Part shown: in pieces, positions 28,101-45,882 of the stretch
Layout of the letters: every line of letters begins with the position of its first letter
How positions within the stretch are numbered: position 1 is the stretch's first letter
Assembly: GCA_951406725.2 (NCBI GenBank)
Contig: OX597825.1
Coordinates: forward strand, 54,622,001 to 54,686,000
Direction of reading: 5' to 3'
Origin: Octopus vulgaris
Lineage: Eukaryota
Length of the DNA: 64,000 nucleotides
Translations under genes and position numbers: made by a program
Notes under the pieces: generated by a model
Seen by the model: only the letters and a program-made list of their open reading frames with translations
What the model was told of the DNA's origin: nothing
Databases searched by the model: none

Positions 28101-30040
28101 GGAGCAGTCAAACGATAGAATGAGGTCGGTGAACTGAGACGAAAAGTGAAAGAAACTTTCCCGAAAGTTTTTTCAGAAGGGTTAAACTATTGCACAAAAA
28201 CAAAAGCTAGGAGTGCTATCAAAGAAAATTCAACACCTATTTTCAGGCCCAAACAGAACATGTTTTTTGCGGCGCTAGTTCAGGTTAATAAAGAACTAGA
28301 GGTGTTGGAAAACCTGAATATAATTGAAAAGGTTGACCATGCAGACTGGACAGCACTGGCGGTATACCTAAAATAAATAATAATAAACTAAGAATGTGCG
28401 CAGGCTTTTCAACCGGATTAAACGACTGTTTACTCACACACATTACCCGATACCAAACCCAGAAGAAGTATTTGCTATACTAAATGGAGGGAAAATTTTC
28501 TCGAAGTTAGATCTCTCAAATTCGGTGAGAGGAAGATTGCACACATCTACTAACAATCAACACGCACCATGGATTGTACAAGATCAAACGACTGCCGTTT
28601 GGAGTAAAAGTGGCACCTGTCATATTCCAACAAATATTAGATGTGATGTTAAGTGACTGTGACTTCACCATCGCATACCTCGATGACATTTTCATAAACA
28701 GCGAGTCTTAGGTGCAACACGCCGAAAACTTAAAGGAAGTATTTGAGAGAATAAGTGAACACAGGCTAAAACTGACGGAAGAAAAATGCAAATTTTTTAT
28801 AGAAAAAAGGAAATACCTCGGTCAAGTAATCGACGAAATTGGACGAAGACTGGACCCATCAAGGGTGACGACAGACAAAATATGCCGCCTTCGACGAACA
28901 TGACAATGTTCCAAGCATTCCTAGGCTTGGTAAATTATTACAAAGCGTATATCCGAAATATACATAAGGTAAAGACACCACTTAATGAATTACTAAAAAA
29001 TGCCAAATGGGTTTGGACAGAGAAATACCCGAAAGCATTTAACGAGTTAAAAGATGTGTTAATTTCAGACTTGTATCTTATGCATTTCAACCCAAAGTCA
29101 GAGATAATACTAGCTACAGATGCTAGCGAGCATGGGATAGGAGTCGTGCTCCTACACAAGGATAACGATAGCAGGTGAAAGGACATAGCTCATACATGAA
29201 GGACATAATTTCCGGCGGAAAATAGCTCTAGCCAGATTGAAACAGAGGCATTGGCTATCATATTTGGCGTGAAAAACTTCCACAGGTTCATTCACGGCAG
29301 ACGTTTTGATTGCAAATGGACCATGGACCTCTAATAACGATATACAGATCCAAGAAAAGAATCCCGACACATACAGAAAACAGACTTCAGCGGTGGGGTA
29401 CCTTTCTATTAAACTACGATTATAAAATAGAATATCTTTCGCCAAAACAGTAGGTGCATACTGATGGTCTGTCTAGGTTAATTCCGAGAAATAACGAACC
29501 ACTGGAGGACACCGTAATAGCAGCGCTAAGAGCAGAAGCGGAAACAAAAATGTGATATGGAACATGGTGCGTGAACTACCGGTAACTTTGGAAGAAATAA
29601 AAAGAAATGTGAGAAATGACAAATTTATTGATGAGAACAAGAGAAACTGTTGTCGACAAAAAGAAATAAAGAAAGGTCTGATGCAAAGAAATGTCTGACG
29701 CCAAGATGTGAGCGTGTACTCTATATTTGATAATGTATTAATGTAGGCTAAGAGGATGGTCATACCATAGACATTACAGAACAGAAGGCTAAAAGAGTTC
29801 CATGTGGGACACCCTGACATCTCTAGAATGAAAGCGCTGATGCGAAATTTCGTATACTTGCCAAGCATGGACGCAGGAGGAATTATGTATGATGTAAGAA
29901 GCAGAAATGGAATGGTAAAGACATAGAAATCAGCTTAAGAAATGATTCATAGAAAAGGAACCAACAAGAGTAGAAATACTGATGGATTGTCTATATGACA
30001 CTTTTCAGTTTCTAACACCGTAACAAGAAGTCGGAATCTA
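25143..30040 (+). mobile_element. Decayed Ty3/Gypsy (Mag-like) LTR retrotransposon, interrupted by a mariner
   Basis: Putative 5' LTR ending ttacaaca (25431) followed by PBS-like gtggcgacgagg; gag (TFEAYLRRF), RT (YPIPNPEE, FSKLDLS, AYLDDI), RNase H (LATDASEHGIG, YSQIETEAL), integrase H-G-H start; many stops; no 3' LTR seen. Confidence 0.88.
26781..28072 (-). mobile_element. Full-length mariner, same family as 8900-10183, opposite orientation
   Basis: Same TIRs, TA flanks; 245-aa ORF with TQDETW and LLQDNA; premature stop at 27090. Confidence 0.95.
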
Positions 30041-30164
30041 TATATATAGGGTAGCGAATACTTTTAGAAATTTCACTACCACTAGCCTAGCATGTATAAA
30101 AAGTCAATAGACAACATAGTCTCAATATAAAGTAGTGTACATTTATATATATATATACATACAT

Positions 30165-32400
30165 AAATTTCGAACAATGAGAATGAGTGCTCAACACCGC
30201 AAATGTATACAAAATTCTTATTTTGGTGTATTGAGGCTACAATTGGTTTCACATTAAGAAAATATCATAATAGCTAAACAATTTTTATATCGATCACATA
30301 AGAGAATGGCGTTCATCTCCACTTTGCATAAAAACACGAAAACTCACGGGAATTCACAATAAATACTCCTAAATAAAACAAAAAGTTAAGGGGCGCTACT
30401 CTTGGATTACACTTTCTGAATGATTGTCTCACTTGGGGTTGACTTTGTGGGGAAAACCGTGCTGAATGATGAATTTGTTTGTATTATGTTATATTTATTA
30501 TATTCTGGGTATCTGTAATTTTCGTATGATTGTATGTTGAGGGAGTTCATCAGTGGGGCATGTATCTTCTACATGTGAAATTTGTATGTTGTATATATAC
30601 TCAACGTTCAGGTTCAGCGGAAAAATCTATCCTTGTGGGATTGGCGGAGTGGGTAGTTGTTCCTCTTTGAAATGTCGGAGTGTAAAATATTGCTTCTGCA
30701 TGCAGGGGCAGAAGGTTTCATCCCCAATGTTTAAGATGTTATCTTTTACCTGGATTATATTTAGCATTCTTTTTTTGGTGCTTCGTCTCCTGTATGTTCT
30801 GGCTTTTATCTGGGGATTACTTACTCCTCCTTATTTCAATATCCATATCATATTGGACGGGGATGTAGCACATCTTTTATTTTTGTTGTGTATATCTTTC
30901 CCTGAACGAGTCGACTGTCATTCTGATGTATGTCTTTGCTACTCTGTTGGAATCCATGATTCTGGCTTTGTATATAAGCTCTTTTTCGAGATAGCTATTA
31001 TTTAGTGGGCAGTGGAAGATCTACAGTTGCAGTGTCTTCCAGGAGTTTTCCTGGTGGCTTTATTTTTATTATGATTCGGTGTTATCGGATATATATATTG
31101 GGGAACCAACTACAGCTAGCTTTAACAGTATTCATATTTAAGATCTTATAGTATGTGTGTGAATGTGATTTCTATTAATTTAAGAATTTCCTATGTCAGC
31201 GGCTACATTCATGCTATAAGGTGCGTTGAACCATAAGATTTCCCTCTGTCTGTGTCTAGTCGATTTATCTACTTTTGGTTCAATGTAATTTATACTATTC
31301 TTTAAGTTGGGCCTTTCTAATGAAGCATTATAGTATGGGTCAACCTTTTCAAACGTGTCTTTATCGGCGGATAGACTAGAGACGCACCTGCCAACGTTAT
31401 TAACTAATTGTTTAATGATTGCTGGTGGGTGGTTGGCGTCTATAACGATACATGAGGCTTCCTCATTTAGTTTGTTGTAGGGTTTAAATTTGCCTATAAT
31501 AAGTTTCATGTTAATATCTAGAAAATTCACTTCTTTAAGGTTGGTGCTATTTGTGGTTCTTAGACCTAACTGGCGAACCATTTTATATAATTTTGTCTTA
31601 TCCTATCCATATTGTGTCTGTTTTTATCGTATACCATTCCTAGACCATCGCCTGTATATAATCCCATGTTGGTACCATTTATTTCTTTTCTAAGGATATA
31701 TAGGACGTAGGGGCTTAGAAGGACAGCTATCTCTGCACCGTCAGAATTCCCCATTTTCACATCAACCCCATTTGTTTTTACCCAATAGGAATTATCATGA
31801 AAAATTAATGACATCCTGGCATTCTGAATTATATCTATATCGATATTTGTTATGGTAATAAATGCCTTTATAAATTCAAATCCCTTTTGTAGCAAGTTTC
31901 TGGAGATCGAAGTGTAAAACTCCATAATTTCAAATTGGATGAATTTACACTTGGGTTTTTCTTCTATTTTCTTAAACCATTCAATAGTTGCACTACTACT
32001 TATCCGCTGAGTGAGGTTTCAGTATGTCCTAATGTATCCTATGTTATTATCTGATATGGGTTTACTAATAATTGCTATTTCACTTTTCGTGGGATTTATT
32101 AATCTACAGCTATGATATGGCGAGAAGTTATCTTTATGGCCTTTCAGGGCTACAAAAATATTATGTGCGGTTAGCTTTTCTACGTTAAACCTTGTAGCTA
32201 CATTTTTTGGCTTCTATATTAATTAAATTATAAGTGGTGAGGATTGTTTTCTTGTATATTTTAGCTATGTGGTTTGTTAGTAATTTCTTATGTGTGTGGT
32301 TGCTTACTTCATAAATATTTTTCATTTTCTCTGCTTTAATAAATGTGCTTTTTGATGTTTTGAAAGGTTCAAGGTATATTTGTAATATATGTTGGAACTA
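30165..32400 (-). mobile_element. Decayed Penelope-like element of a different clade (Nematis-like by motif)
   Basis: DVKMGNSDGAE, GLYTGDG (YRDD decayed), VNFLDI, NHPPAIIK, ILWFNAPYSMNV; TA-rich flank at the 3' end. Confidence 0.8.
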
Positions 32401-32404
32401 TCCA

Positions 32405-32790
32405 GAATATAATACAATACAAATTCATCATTCAGCACAGTTTTTTTCTTCAAAAGGCAAACCTAAGGGTGATAACCACTCAAAATGTGGCTTTTAAGAA
32501 TGATGCCCCATGAATTTTCGTGTTTTTATCCCAAATGTAGACGAACACCTTGCCTGTCTGTGATCGGTAAGCTGATGTGTAAGCAGCTTGATGAAGCTAG
32601 TATTAAATAGCAATGTCATCCGAAACAACGTTGAATAAAATATCATGTAAAGTAGTGTTTACACAAGTCTGGGTGCGACATTTTCTCCCAGGACTCTTCT
32701 TGCTGCGAAAGACCTTATCAGGTCTGATTACATTCGAACGTGTTAAATATGAGTGTAAGTGACTATAGATTATTCAACGTTGCTTCATGC
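32405..32790 (+). mobile_element. Diverged inverted copy of the PLE terminal repeat
   Basis: caaattcatcattcagcac...tttcgtgtttttat...tgtgatcg is the reverse complement of 30290-30490; contains TTGATGA...GAAAC AAC GTT. Confidence 0.65.
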
Positions 32791-32832
32791 GATATTATAT
32801 ATACACATGTATACATACTTCCGGACATGCGT

Positions 32833-36165
<3,333 letters not shown>

Positions 36166-36197
36166 TTATACATATATATATATACACACACACACAT

Positions 36198-39100
36198 GTA
36201 ATACACCTACTTCTTTATACACTTGTCTTCGTTTTTTTGTTTTCCTGCAAATTTCAACCATATGTTGTACGCTATATATATGTGTGTGCGTATGTATATA
36301 TATATATATACATACACACGCACACATATAATACACCTACTTGTTCTTTATACACTTTGTCTTTTGTTTTATCTGTAAATTTCAACGATATATTGTACGC
36401 TCACGTGGTCGCACTAGTTTTATCCTACTCTAACCTCCTACACTTCGAACTTACTTCTACCAGAAATTTCTGCACCTCTCCTCAACTACACACCAGCATT
36501 CCACCCTGATTTCTACTGGATATGCAAATAGAATTCACTGGATTCTTCCGTTGAGGAAAAGTCGTTCCAATACGCCACGAAGTTTGAACCTATTTGAACT
36601 TTTCTGAACTTTCTATTTTTTATTGTTTTTTTCTTAATCCGTACGTTATTATTTTGCCTCTACCTCTCTCTCTCCCTCCCTTTGTTTTTCCTTTTCATCT
36701 TCTCTTCTTTTCTCCTTTTCTCTCCGATTCTTCATTTTTCTTCTTTCTCCTCCCTTTGAACTTTTTCTCCTCACGCCTTTTGAATTTTTTGAACTTTTAT
36801 ACCCCGTACATCATTTCTTTGCCTTTCTCTTTTTTTTCTCCCTTTTCAATCATGCCCGATTACAAATCATTCCTCCTCCACCTTCACCACCGCCTAAACA
36901 AACACCTTTCTACATTTCCCTTCCACTACTTTCAACCTTCTATTAATCTTTCCCTACTAATTTTAAAAAAAAACAGTTCTCTAGCCACATTTCATTTCTT
37001 AGTCACTTACTTCACCACCGCCTGATCCTCAACGGTTTCCACCCCACTTTTCATTCTGCTTCAACCATCCTTTCCATACTCCATACTACCTCCTACCGCC
37101 TTATCTGAGTCACTATTCGTTTCAATATTCTCCAAAATACACACCATCGACCGCCTTCTCCCTCTCGCTTATTCCATCTTTTTCTCTTTCACTTTCCTAT
37201 AAACACTCTACTTTACGCCGCATAATCCATTTAAATCATCTCTTCCATGAATTTCTCGCTCGCACCAAACAACGGGAAATCCACTCACTCCTTCATTCTG
37301 TCACACCCGATTCCACTACTCAATCCATCCCCCACCTCCTCCCCCTCCGATACGCTTCTCCCTCATCCTAACCCCAACCCCTGTCACTCAAACCAGAACC
37401 TCTTACCCCTCCCATCTCTCCTCCCAGCTTTCCACTACCCCACTTCAGTCTGTTGTTACCATTCCTTCTGATCTCTTCTCTGAGGTGGAGATCTCTCTTC
37501 TCAGTAAGGGTCTGCGCTTCATCCCTCACACTCCATCGAATAACAACTTTCAGGCCCGTGCTGATATTCATAGCTTTGTGCTCCGTGTCAGGCTATATGC
37601 ACTATTCCACAACACTCCACCTGCATCTAACGAAGAGGACTGCTTCACTGACCTGGATCGCCGATCACCCCACTGGACGCCAGCTCTTGACCAGTTCCAA
37701 GCAGTCGATCATTTTGTGGGCATTTGTCAACATGTTGTGGACCGGTTTAACTTTCGCAGGCGTCACCAATATCTGAACATCTCTCCAGCCAAACTCTCGG
37801 CCTTTCGATGTCTCCGACGCCGCAAAGACATTATCATAAAACCGGCCGGCAAGAGTGGAGCCGTGGTGGTGTGGCGCGCAGATCTCTACAAGGCTTAAGC
37901 TCTCCGCCAACTTCAACTCACCTCCTTCTATTGCCGTCTGCACTCTAGCCCCAGACTCTGTCCTCCACACTGTTCGTAACCTCTTCTCCTCCTGCCGTCT
38001 CCCTCTAACCACCTCCAACCTCATTGTCTGCTCTCGTCGCACCCCACCATTTATTTCTTTTCCAAAATCTACAAACCCAACAACCCTGGCCGCCTCATCG
38101 TCTCAGTCTGTAACTACTGTACGGAATTGATCTCTAAATACCTCGACCGAGTCCGTGCCGTCCCCCCCCCACCGAGTGGCTTCCTTCCCCTCACACATCC
38201 ACGACACTAACTATGATCTTCGTTGTTTCAGCTCTTTCTCCTTCCCTCCTGGCCCCTCTAAGCTTCTCTTCACTCTTGATATCAAGAGCCTATATGCGGT
38301 GATCCCACACCACGAAGGACGTCTTGCCTTCAAACTCTTCCTAGTCCTTCGACCCAACCCCCAACCTGATACGTCCACACATCTTCGTCTGGCCGAACTT
38401 GTTCTCTCCCTCAACTGCTTCTCGTTCGCGGGTGAATTTTACCAGGTTTCGGGGGTGGCCATGGGAACGAGAATGGGTCCCATCTATGCGAAACTCTTCG
38501 TTGGTTACGTTGGGGCCCAAATATTTTCAAGACTCACTGGTCCACTCCCGAACCATACATTGATGACTGTATTGGTGCGACCTCACTCTCCCGCGAACAA
38601 CTAAACCCCTTCCTATCTATTTCCAATCTTTCCATCCTGCCATCGAATTCTGCACCATTTCCAACACTTCCGTCGCTTCCTCGACATTTCGGTCAACATA
38701 CACAACTCTGCTCTCACTACCTCCATCCACTACAAACACACTGACTCAAACTCATACCTCAAATTCCCCTCCTCCCACCCTACCCACACCATGGTCTCCA
38801 TCCCCTACTCCCCTACTCCCTCTGCGCAGTATCTGCAGTGACAACCGTGATTTTGAGACTCAGTCTCAACTCATGGCTCGCCTCCTCATCCTTGGTGGAT
38901 ATCCCCTCACCACTATCCACACCGCCCTTGCCAGAGCACGTTCTGTGGACCGTGCCTCTGCTCTCTTTCTCCCTGTACCTGCCTCGCTGTTACCCGCATC
39001 CCGTTTCCTCTCACATACCACCCCTCCACTCTGCCCCTCCAACGCACCATTCTCCGAGCATTCCGGTGACTCCAGTCTCACCCCTTCATTTCGCACATCT

Positions 39101-40310
39101 TTCCCAACCTACCTTTATTCTCCTTCAAACGAGCCTACAACCTACGTGACCTGCTGGTCCACAGTTTCTTCCCTAACCCTATCACCCAACCTGGCTTTGT
39201 TTCCCTGCTCTCGCCCCGTTGTGCACCTGCTCCTAACTCTTCAACACTACCATCCTCTCAGGCACCAGCATCATCCCTGTTATATCACTGACTCCTTTGC
39301 CTAAATTTCTACCAACATCATTTACTGCGTCTCCAGCTCTTTTTGTCCTTCTCTGTACATCGGCCGGTTCTCGGAGCACCTCCAAGACATTAGACTCGGT
39401 AATGACACCCTGGTCTCGCGCCATTTGCGCTTTACCAGTCATTCATTACAACAGCTGTCTGTGTTCAGACTGTCTTTGCACAGAGGTCATCCGGACTCCC
39501 ACGTGAGCAATTTATTTTCCCTCTTCGCAATTTATTTTCCCACATGGGCTCAACAAACCTCCCGTATTCATTTGACTTCCCCCTCCCCTCTCTTACCTGG
39601 ACACCTACCTCCTCTCTTCACTCCTACCCACCTCTCCTCTCCTCTTTTGCCCTGGCACCTACTTCATCGCTTCAATCCTACTCACCTTCTCCCTTCATTG
39701 ATACTCACTCCCTCCACACCCCACACCCACACATCCCACTCCCACATACTCAATCCTACCCTCACATCCATACCTCACCTACCCCCATATCCTCACTCCA
39801 AACCCACACTCCACCCACATTTCCCACACGACAACACCACCACACCACACCACACACCAGCACTTCACATCACAACACCCGCACACACTAGCACTGACAA
39901 CTTCACAGCACCCACACCATCATCCATACACCCACACATTACAGACCCACGCACACACACACACGCACACATCCACACGTGAAAGTCACCAGCCCCTATC
40001 CACACGCACACACTTAGAAACTCTAACATACACACACGCGAACCTCCATTTTGGTATTACCAATACTTTATTATCTACCCTTCTTCCTAGCGCTCCTGTC
40101 TAACTACCTTTGTCCAGCCAGTCGCCATGATTTACCGCTAGCTCCAAAAGATTTTTTCTCTCTCTGTTTATTTCCTGTTCCTTTCTGTTGAAGAGCGTAG
40201 GCTCGAAACGTAAAAGACTTTCTCACCTTCCCCAGCGTCAAACTATTACACCTGCTTGTTGTTTATACGCCTGTCTTCGTCTTTTATTTTTCTATAAATT
40301 TCAACTATAT
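36198..40310 (+). mobile_element. Near full-length decayed Penelope-like element (Neptune-like)
   Basis: LLSKGLRFIP, IIKPAGKSGAVVVW, PGRLIV, TLDIKSLY, YQVSGVAMGTRMGP, NLRDLLV, IIYC; 5' and 3' direct terminal repeats (tacacct...aaatttcaac); flanked by TA/TG tracts. Confidence 0.9.
40181..40216 (+). ncRNA. Minimal hammerhead-like motif in the PLE 3' terminal repeat
   Basis: CTTT-CTGTTGA-A-GAGC(GTAG)GCTC-GAAAC-GTA-AAAG. Confidence 0.6.
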
Positions 40311-40313
40311 ATA

Positions 40314-40421
<108 letters not shown>

Positions 40422-41107
40422 CGTGTGTGTGTGTTTCCAAAACACAAATACACCGTGGAAGACAAATTTACTGCGGCGTTCCTCCGGAGAAGATATATCA
40501 AATATGTCAAATGTATGTGCTGTTTTTAAGAACAGAAATTATATCGGTTTCAAGCTATTTTCGTTCTACAACTACCGGTGAGATTGCTAGACACACACAT
40601 CTGCCTCGCTAGGTTTTTTCAGTAACATGTACTCATAGTGTTTTTAGGCACAACACAACCACAAGAGGTATTACTTCCGGAAGAGTATCGCAATAGAATT
40701 GCTTTATTGCTTTTTCGCGACGTACTTACATTAGGTATGATGCACAAATAACTATTTTAATCTAGTAATGTTTGTTAGATTTAATTGATTTTTATTCAGT
40801 TGGGTGACTTTTTGCATCACCAGTGAATTTTTCAAGCAGTGCTTTCCAGTGTCGGTCGATAGTGAGTACCTGGTATTAAAAATTATTTTTAAAAGCGCAA
40901 CGAAGCAGAAATGCGCCTGCAGCATCCTTCCCGTCTGTCGCTGCACGGTTTTTATCTGCTACCAATATAATTTCTGTTCTTAAACACAGTTTGTCCATAA
41001 AAGACCTTCGAATGTATATCTCAATTTTTTTTTTTTTTGCAATGTATCTATATCAAGTATGATACACACATGCTTATTTTAATCAAATGCCTTTACATAT
41101 TGTATAT

Positions 41108-41222
<115 letters not shown>

Positions 41223-41626
41223 GTATATGTATATGTATATATGTATATATATATGTATATATGTATATATGTATATATGTATATATGTATATATATATAT
41301 ATATGTACAGAGAGAGAAAGAGAGAGAGATAAAACTTACTTGGAAGAGGATGCGCAGCGTTCAATCATATAATAATATAAATAATATATATTTGTTGTTA
41401 AATGCTCGAAAGTGAGAGTAGAATAGCAGCCAACAACTGATGAAGGGTCGTTCTTTATGTTGTTAGTCTTGTTTTCCATTTGTGTCTTTCGTTGTTCGAA
41501 AAAATTGTTCATATTCCATGTACTCGTACTTCGTATTTTTTGTTGTACACGTTTCATGACGTCCTGTAACCAACTATGCATATATATTTATACGTATAAA
41601 TTTATGTGCATATACGTATGTATATA

Positions 41627-41685
<59 letters not shown>

Positions 41686-42218
41686 TATATGATATATACA
41701 CACACTCACACACACACACATACTTACACACATATATGTATGTATGAATGATGCATGTATAAATATATGGTCTACGATTAGAATAGCTGATAATATTCAT
41801 GATGATTTGGTATAAACGTTGCTTTAAATGCATTTAGATTAACTTAATTTATATTAATTATGTATCTTAATTATGTAATTATAAAATTGAGGTTGTTTAT
41901 TCCCAAAGAAACAGCTATTGAAAATGACTAAATTATGAACTGTCTGTGAAATTCATGTTTTTCTACATGCCATTATATACATTTATACAAAGATACACAC
42001 ACACATTCCACCCACTCGTGCGTGGGATTTAAAAGAATCAATTTGCTTTTAGCATACGTGAACGCAACCACACTTAAGAGTTACCTGAGCTCAGATCCAT
42101 AGTTTCAATCCTTCAGGTAGTTAGTGTGTAGATGTAAAACAGTTTGATCGTAAAGATCGTAAACATCGAACCTTTTATTTATTTTTTTTTTTTTACTTCA
42201 GCTTTATTACTGTTTGTA

Positions 42219-42385
42219 TTTTTGTGTCCTTTGTCTTAAATCTTTCGTCCCACTTCTTGTGACCTCTTTAGTGACTCTCTATTTTACATGTCTCCTTCTC
42301 TTCTCTTCTCTTTAGTCCATTCGAGAGAGTCGCTGAAGAGGTCACAGGTTGTGTGACGAAACATTTAAGACAAAGGACACAAAAA
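42219..42385. repeat. Inverted repeat (~62-bp arms), each arm a hammerhead-like motif
   Basis: 42219-42280 vs 42324-42385; right arm CTGAAGA-G-GTCACA(GGTTG)TGTGAC-GAAAC. Confidence 0.8.
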
Positions 42386-42980
42386 ATTTATTTCAACTTT
42401 ATTAATTATTCATATTTTTTTGTAAAGAATTTTCAGTTAAACTATATTTTCAAGGTTTATCACAAATAAGGGAGATGGTCAAGCATGGATGTCAGTGAAA
42501 ATAGGAATGGTGAGGGTATATGGTGTTGCTTCTCAAAAATCGTGGAGCTGGTGAAGGAGTTGGCACCGGGGTGAGTGGTACTAGTAGTTGTAGTAGTAGT
42601 AGTATTGGTGGTGGTGATGATTGCTGCTGCTGCCTACTTGTGGTATTGGCACAGCAATGATCATCTATTTGGGGGAGAGTGGGGGAGTATGGTGGTAGGT
42701 GAATGCAGATGTTATTGCAACTATTGCTGCTGCCGCTGTTGCTGCTGTTGCTCTCTGTGTTTGTGGTGGTGGTGTAGATAATGGTTGCGGTGGAGGTGGT
42801 GTTTAAAGAGAGTAACGGTATCGAAAGAAGTTATAGAAGTGATAGTAATGGTGGTGGAGGTGACGGCTGTGTTAGAGTTAAGGTAGAGATGAATGGTTAT
42901 CGACAGCTGAATTTTGCATGAATTACGAGATTTGAGATACGTACAGATACTTGCAAACACACACACACACAAACACACAA

Positions 42981-43042
<62 letters not shown>

Positions 43043-43099
43043 TTATATATACAAACATACATACATACGCACGCGTGCGCATATATAATAATATATATA

Positions 43100-43327
43100 C
43101 GAGGGGTGCTGAAATGTATGTGGCCTTAAGGATATTGCGAAAGGCCTGACTAGAGGCCCAACCTTCCGATTTTTTTTTTTTTTTTTTTTGTTCAGGGTTT
43201 AGAAAAACTGAAGGACCGCTGTAATAAGTGTGTGAATCTCAGAGCCGAATATGTTGAATGAAATCATAATAAACAGATCCTCCTATGTTGTCTTTTACCC
43301 GAAGGTAGGAACTTTCAGCACCCCTCG
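43100..43327. mobile_element. Mariner-derived MITE
   Basis: TIRs cgaggggtgctgaaa / tttcagcacccctcg with TA flanks. Confidence 0.88.
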
Positions 43328-43337
43328 TATATACATA

Positions 43338-43498
43338 GGCATGGTTGTGTACTAAGAAGCCAGTTTCCCAGCCACATGATCCGGGGTTCAGTTCCACTGC
43401 GTAGCATCTTGAGCAAGTATCTTCTACTTTAGCCTCGAGTCGACTAAAACCTTGTAAGAGGATTTGGCAAGCGGAAACTGGAAGAAACCCGTCATGTT

Positions 43499-43558
<60 letters not shown>

Positions 43559-43806
43559 TGTGTGGTATGTGGTGTGTGGTGTGTTTGTGTTTATGTCTGT
43601 TTGTCCTCCGCCGCTGCTTGACAACCGGTGTTGGTACGTTTATGTCCAAGTAACATAGCGGTTCAGCAAAAGAGGCAGAAAGGAATAAGTATTAGGCTTT
43701 AAAAATAAGTGATAGGGTCAATTTATTCGACTGAAGCCCTTCACGGCAGTGCCTCAGCATGGCAGCAGTCTAATAACTGAAACAAGTCAATTATGAAAGA
43801 TAAAAG
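43338..43806 (+). mobile_element. SINE family A, near full length
   Basis: tRNA-like head, CORE-like cttgagcaagtatcttctac, internal (TA)n(TG)n, family tail. Confidence 0.85.
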
Positions 43807-44099
43807 ATATATGTATGTATCTATGTATATATGTATAAGCGTGTGGGTGTGTGGGTGTGTGTGTGTGTACGTATGTATTAATACATGTGTGCTATACATC
43901 TGTGTCTTTGTGTATGTTGCGTTTAAAGTAATTTGGCTTTTTTAATGATGTTGATGACGTCACATGATGACGTCACAGTTTATGGTTGCTTTTATATTTT
44001 CTAAGGAACCCGAACATATTTAAAGAAAAAGCGTGATAGCAAAAAAGTGATAACCTTTTGTGAATTATAATTGTTATTCCAACATTGTCGCGCTCGACC

Positions 44100-45700
44100 A
44101 TCGCCATCAGAACCGGCAAACACCACTGCCACAACCACCAACACTGTCATCAATACCACCAGTAGTACTACCACTACCACAACCACATCACCACACACGC
44201 TACCACAAATACTATCAACATCACCACCAATACCAGCACAGCTGCCACCACAGTCATCATCACCCGCGTCACTGTCACCACGCCATCACCACACTCACTA
44301 CCACCACCATAATCACCAACACCGTCACTAGCACAACCACCAGCATCGCCTCCATGGCGACAATCACCATTAACACCACCACCAACACCACCATCAACAT
44401 CACCAACACAACCACTACCATTACAACACTGAACACCCCCACTACCACCGCAACCTTTACCACCATCATCGACACCACAGATAATACAACCAACAATACC
44501 AGAGTCCTACTGTAACACAGCTAGTACGACTACCACCGCCACCACCACCACCACCACTACCGCATTCCACCTATCATCCCCAACACCTGACCCCCCCACT
44601 ATTTTAACGACTATTACTACCACTACCACCACTACGTCTCACCCATCACCGCTAATTTCAAACCCGATCCCGCCAACATTGTAACGATCAAGATAACACA
44701 ACCACTAACACCAACACCCTTTTCATCACCTACCACTAATACCATCACCGCAACTATAACCACCTCCAATATCATTATTACTGCTACAACCACTATTACG
44801 AACATTGATACTACTACTACTACTACTACTACAACTACTACTACTACTACTACTTTAACACATTCGTTGCTCTGGCTACCATGAATGCCCATCCCTGCTC
44901 TACCAAAACTGTCACCACCAACACAGCACTATCAACAACACCAACGCGGCCACACTTCCAACGCCACCAACACCACCATCACCACCACCACCACCACCAG
45001 CAATAATAACAACAACAACACCTTCACTACGTACACCAATAATAGCATTGCTACTTATACATCTAACGTCATTGCCATCAACGGTAATACCACCACCACC
45101 ACTATCACCATCATCACCACCAACACCAACGATTATACTATCACTTCCACTGCCATTACATCTACTCCCACCAACACCACTGCCATCAACATCACCACAA
45201 CCACCACCACTACCAACATCACTACCACCATCACCACGACCAACATCACTACCACCATCACCACGACCACCATCAGTTACACCCCCATAGTCAGTTCCTA
45301 CTAGCCATACCATTACCAACGTCACCACTCCCACCACTACCACCGATACGCAAGTACCCCACTAACCTCACCACTGTTACAACCACCACAACCAGTTTTT
45401 CCACCCTAACCCGTGTTATACTTATAAAAGCAGCCTCACAACTACCACCACAACCATCACCACCATCTCTAGCTCCAATACTACTATAATACTACTACCA
45501 CAACCACCACAAGCTTATCAACCGCCACACCTCCACAGCTGATACATCTATTACCACCCTACCAAACCTCACAACTACCAACACCTTAACACCCATAACC
45601 AGCACCACTACCAATACAACCACTTCCTCACCCCCGAACCACTCCCACGTAGCCAACACATATAATAATACCGTCCTACCAAACCTCTAACAACCATTCT
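44100..45700. repeat. Degenerate (ACC/ACT)n low-complexity region
   Basis: Seen directly. Confidence 0.85.
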
Positions 45701-45882
45701 CTACACCGTCACAGAAATTAACAGAAAACCTACACAGTTATCAAAGTGTTGCAGTATTTTTCTGTTTCTCACCAATAATCAATAGAACCAGATATATATT
45801 TAACTTTGAAACTACGCCCCAAACCTTAGCAAAATCTCTTCAAGGTATATTTACTGCGAAAATTTCGAAAAATGTCAATTGT

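Noticed and set aside
41430-41560. CTGATGA at about 41437 as another hammerhead
   Set aside because: No closing stem II followed by GAAA at a suitable distance
44060-45343. Thr-rich mucin-like ORFs
   Set aside because: (ACC)n low complexity, frequent frame breaks, no splice support; the flanking exons join in phase without it
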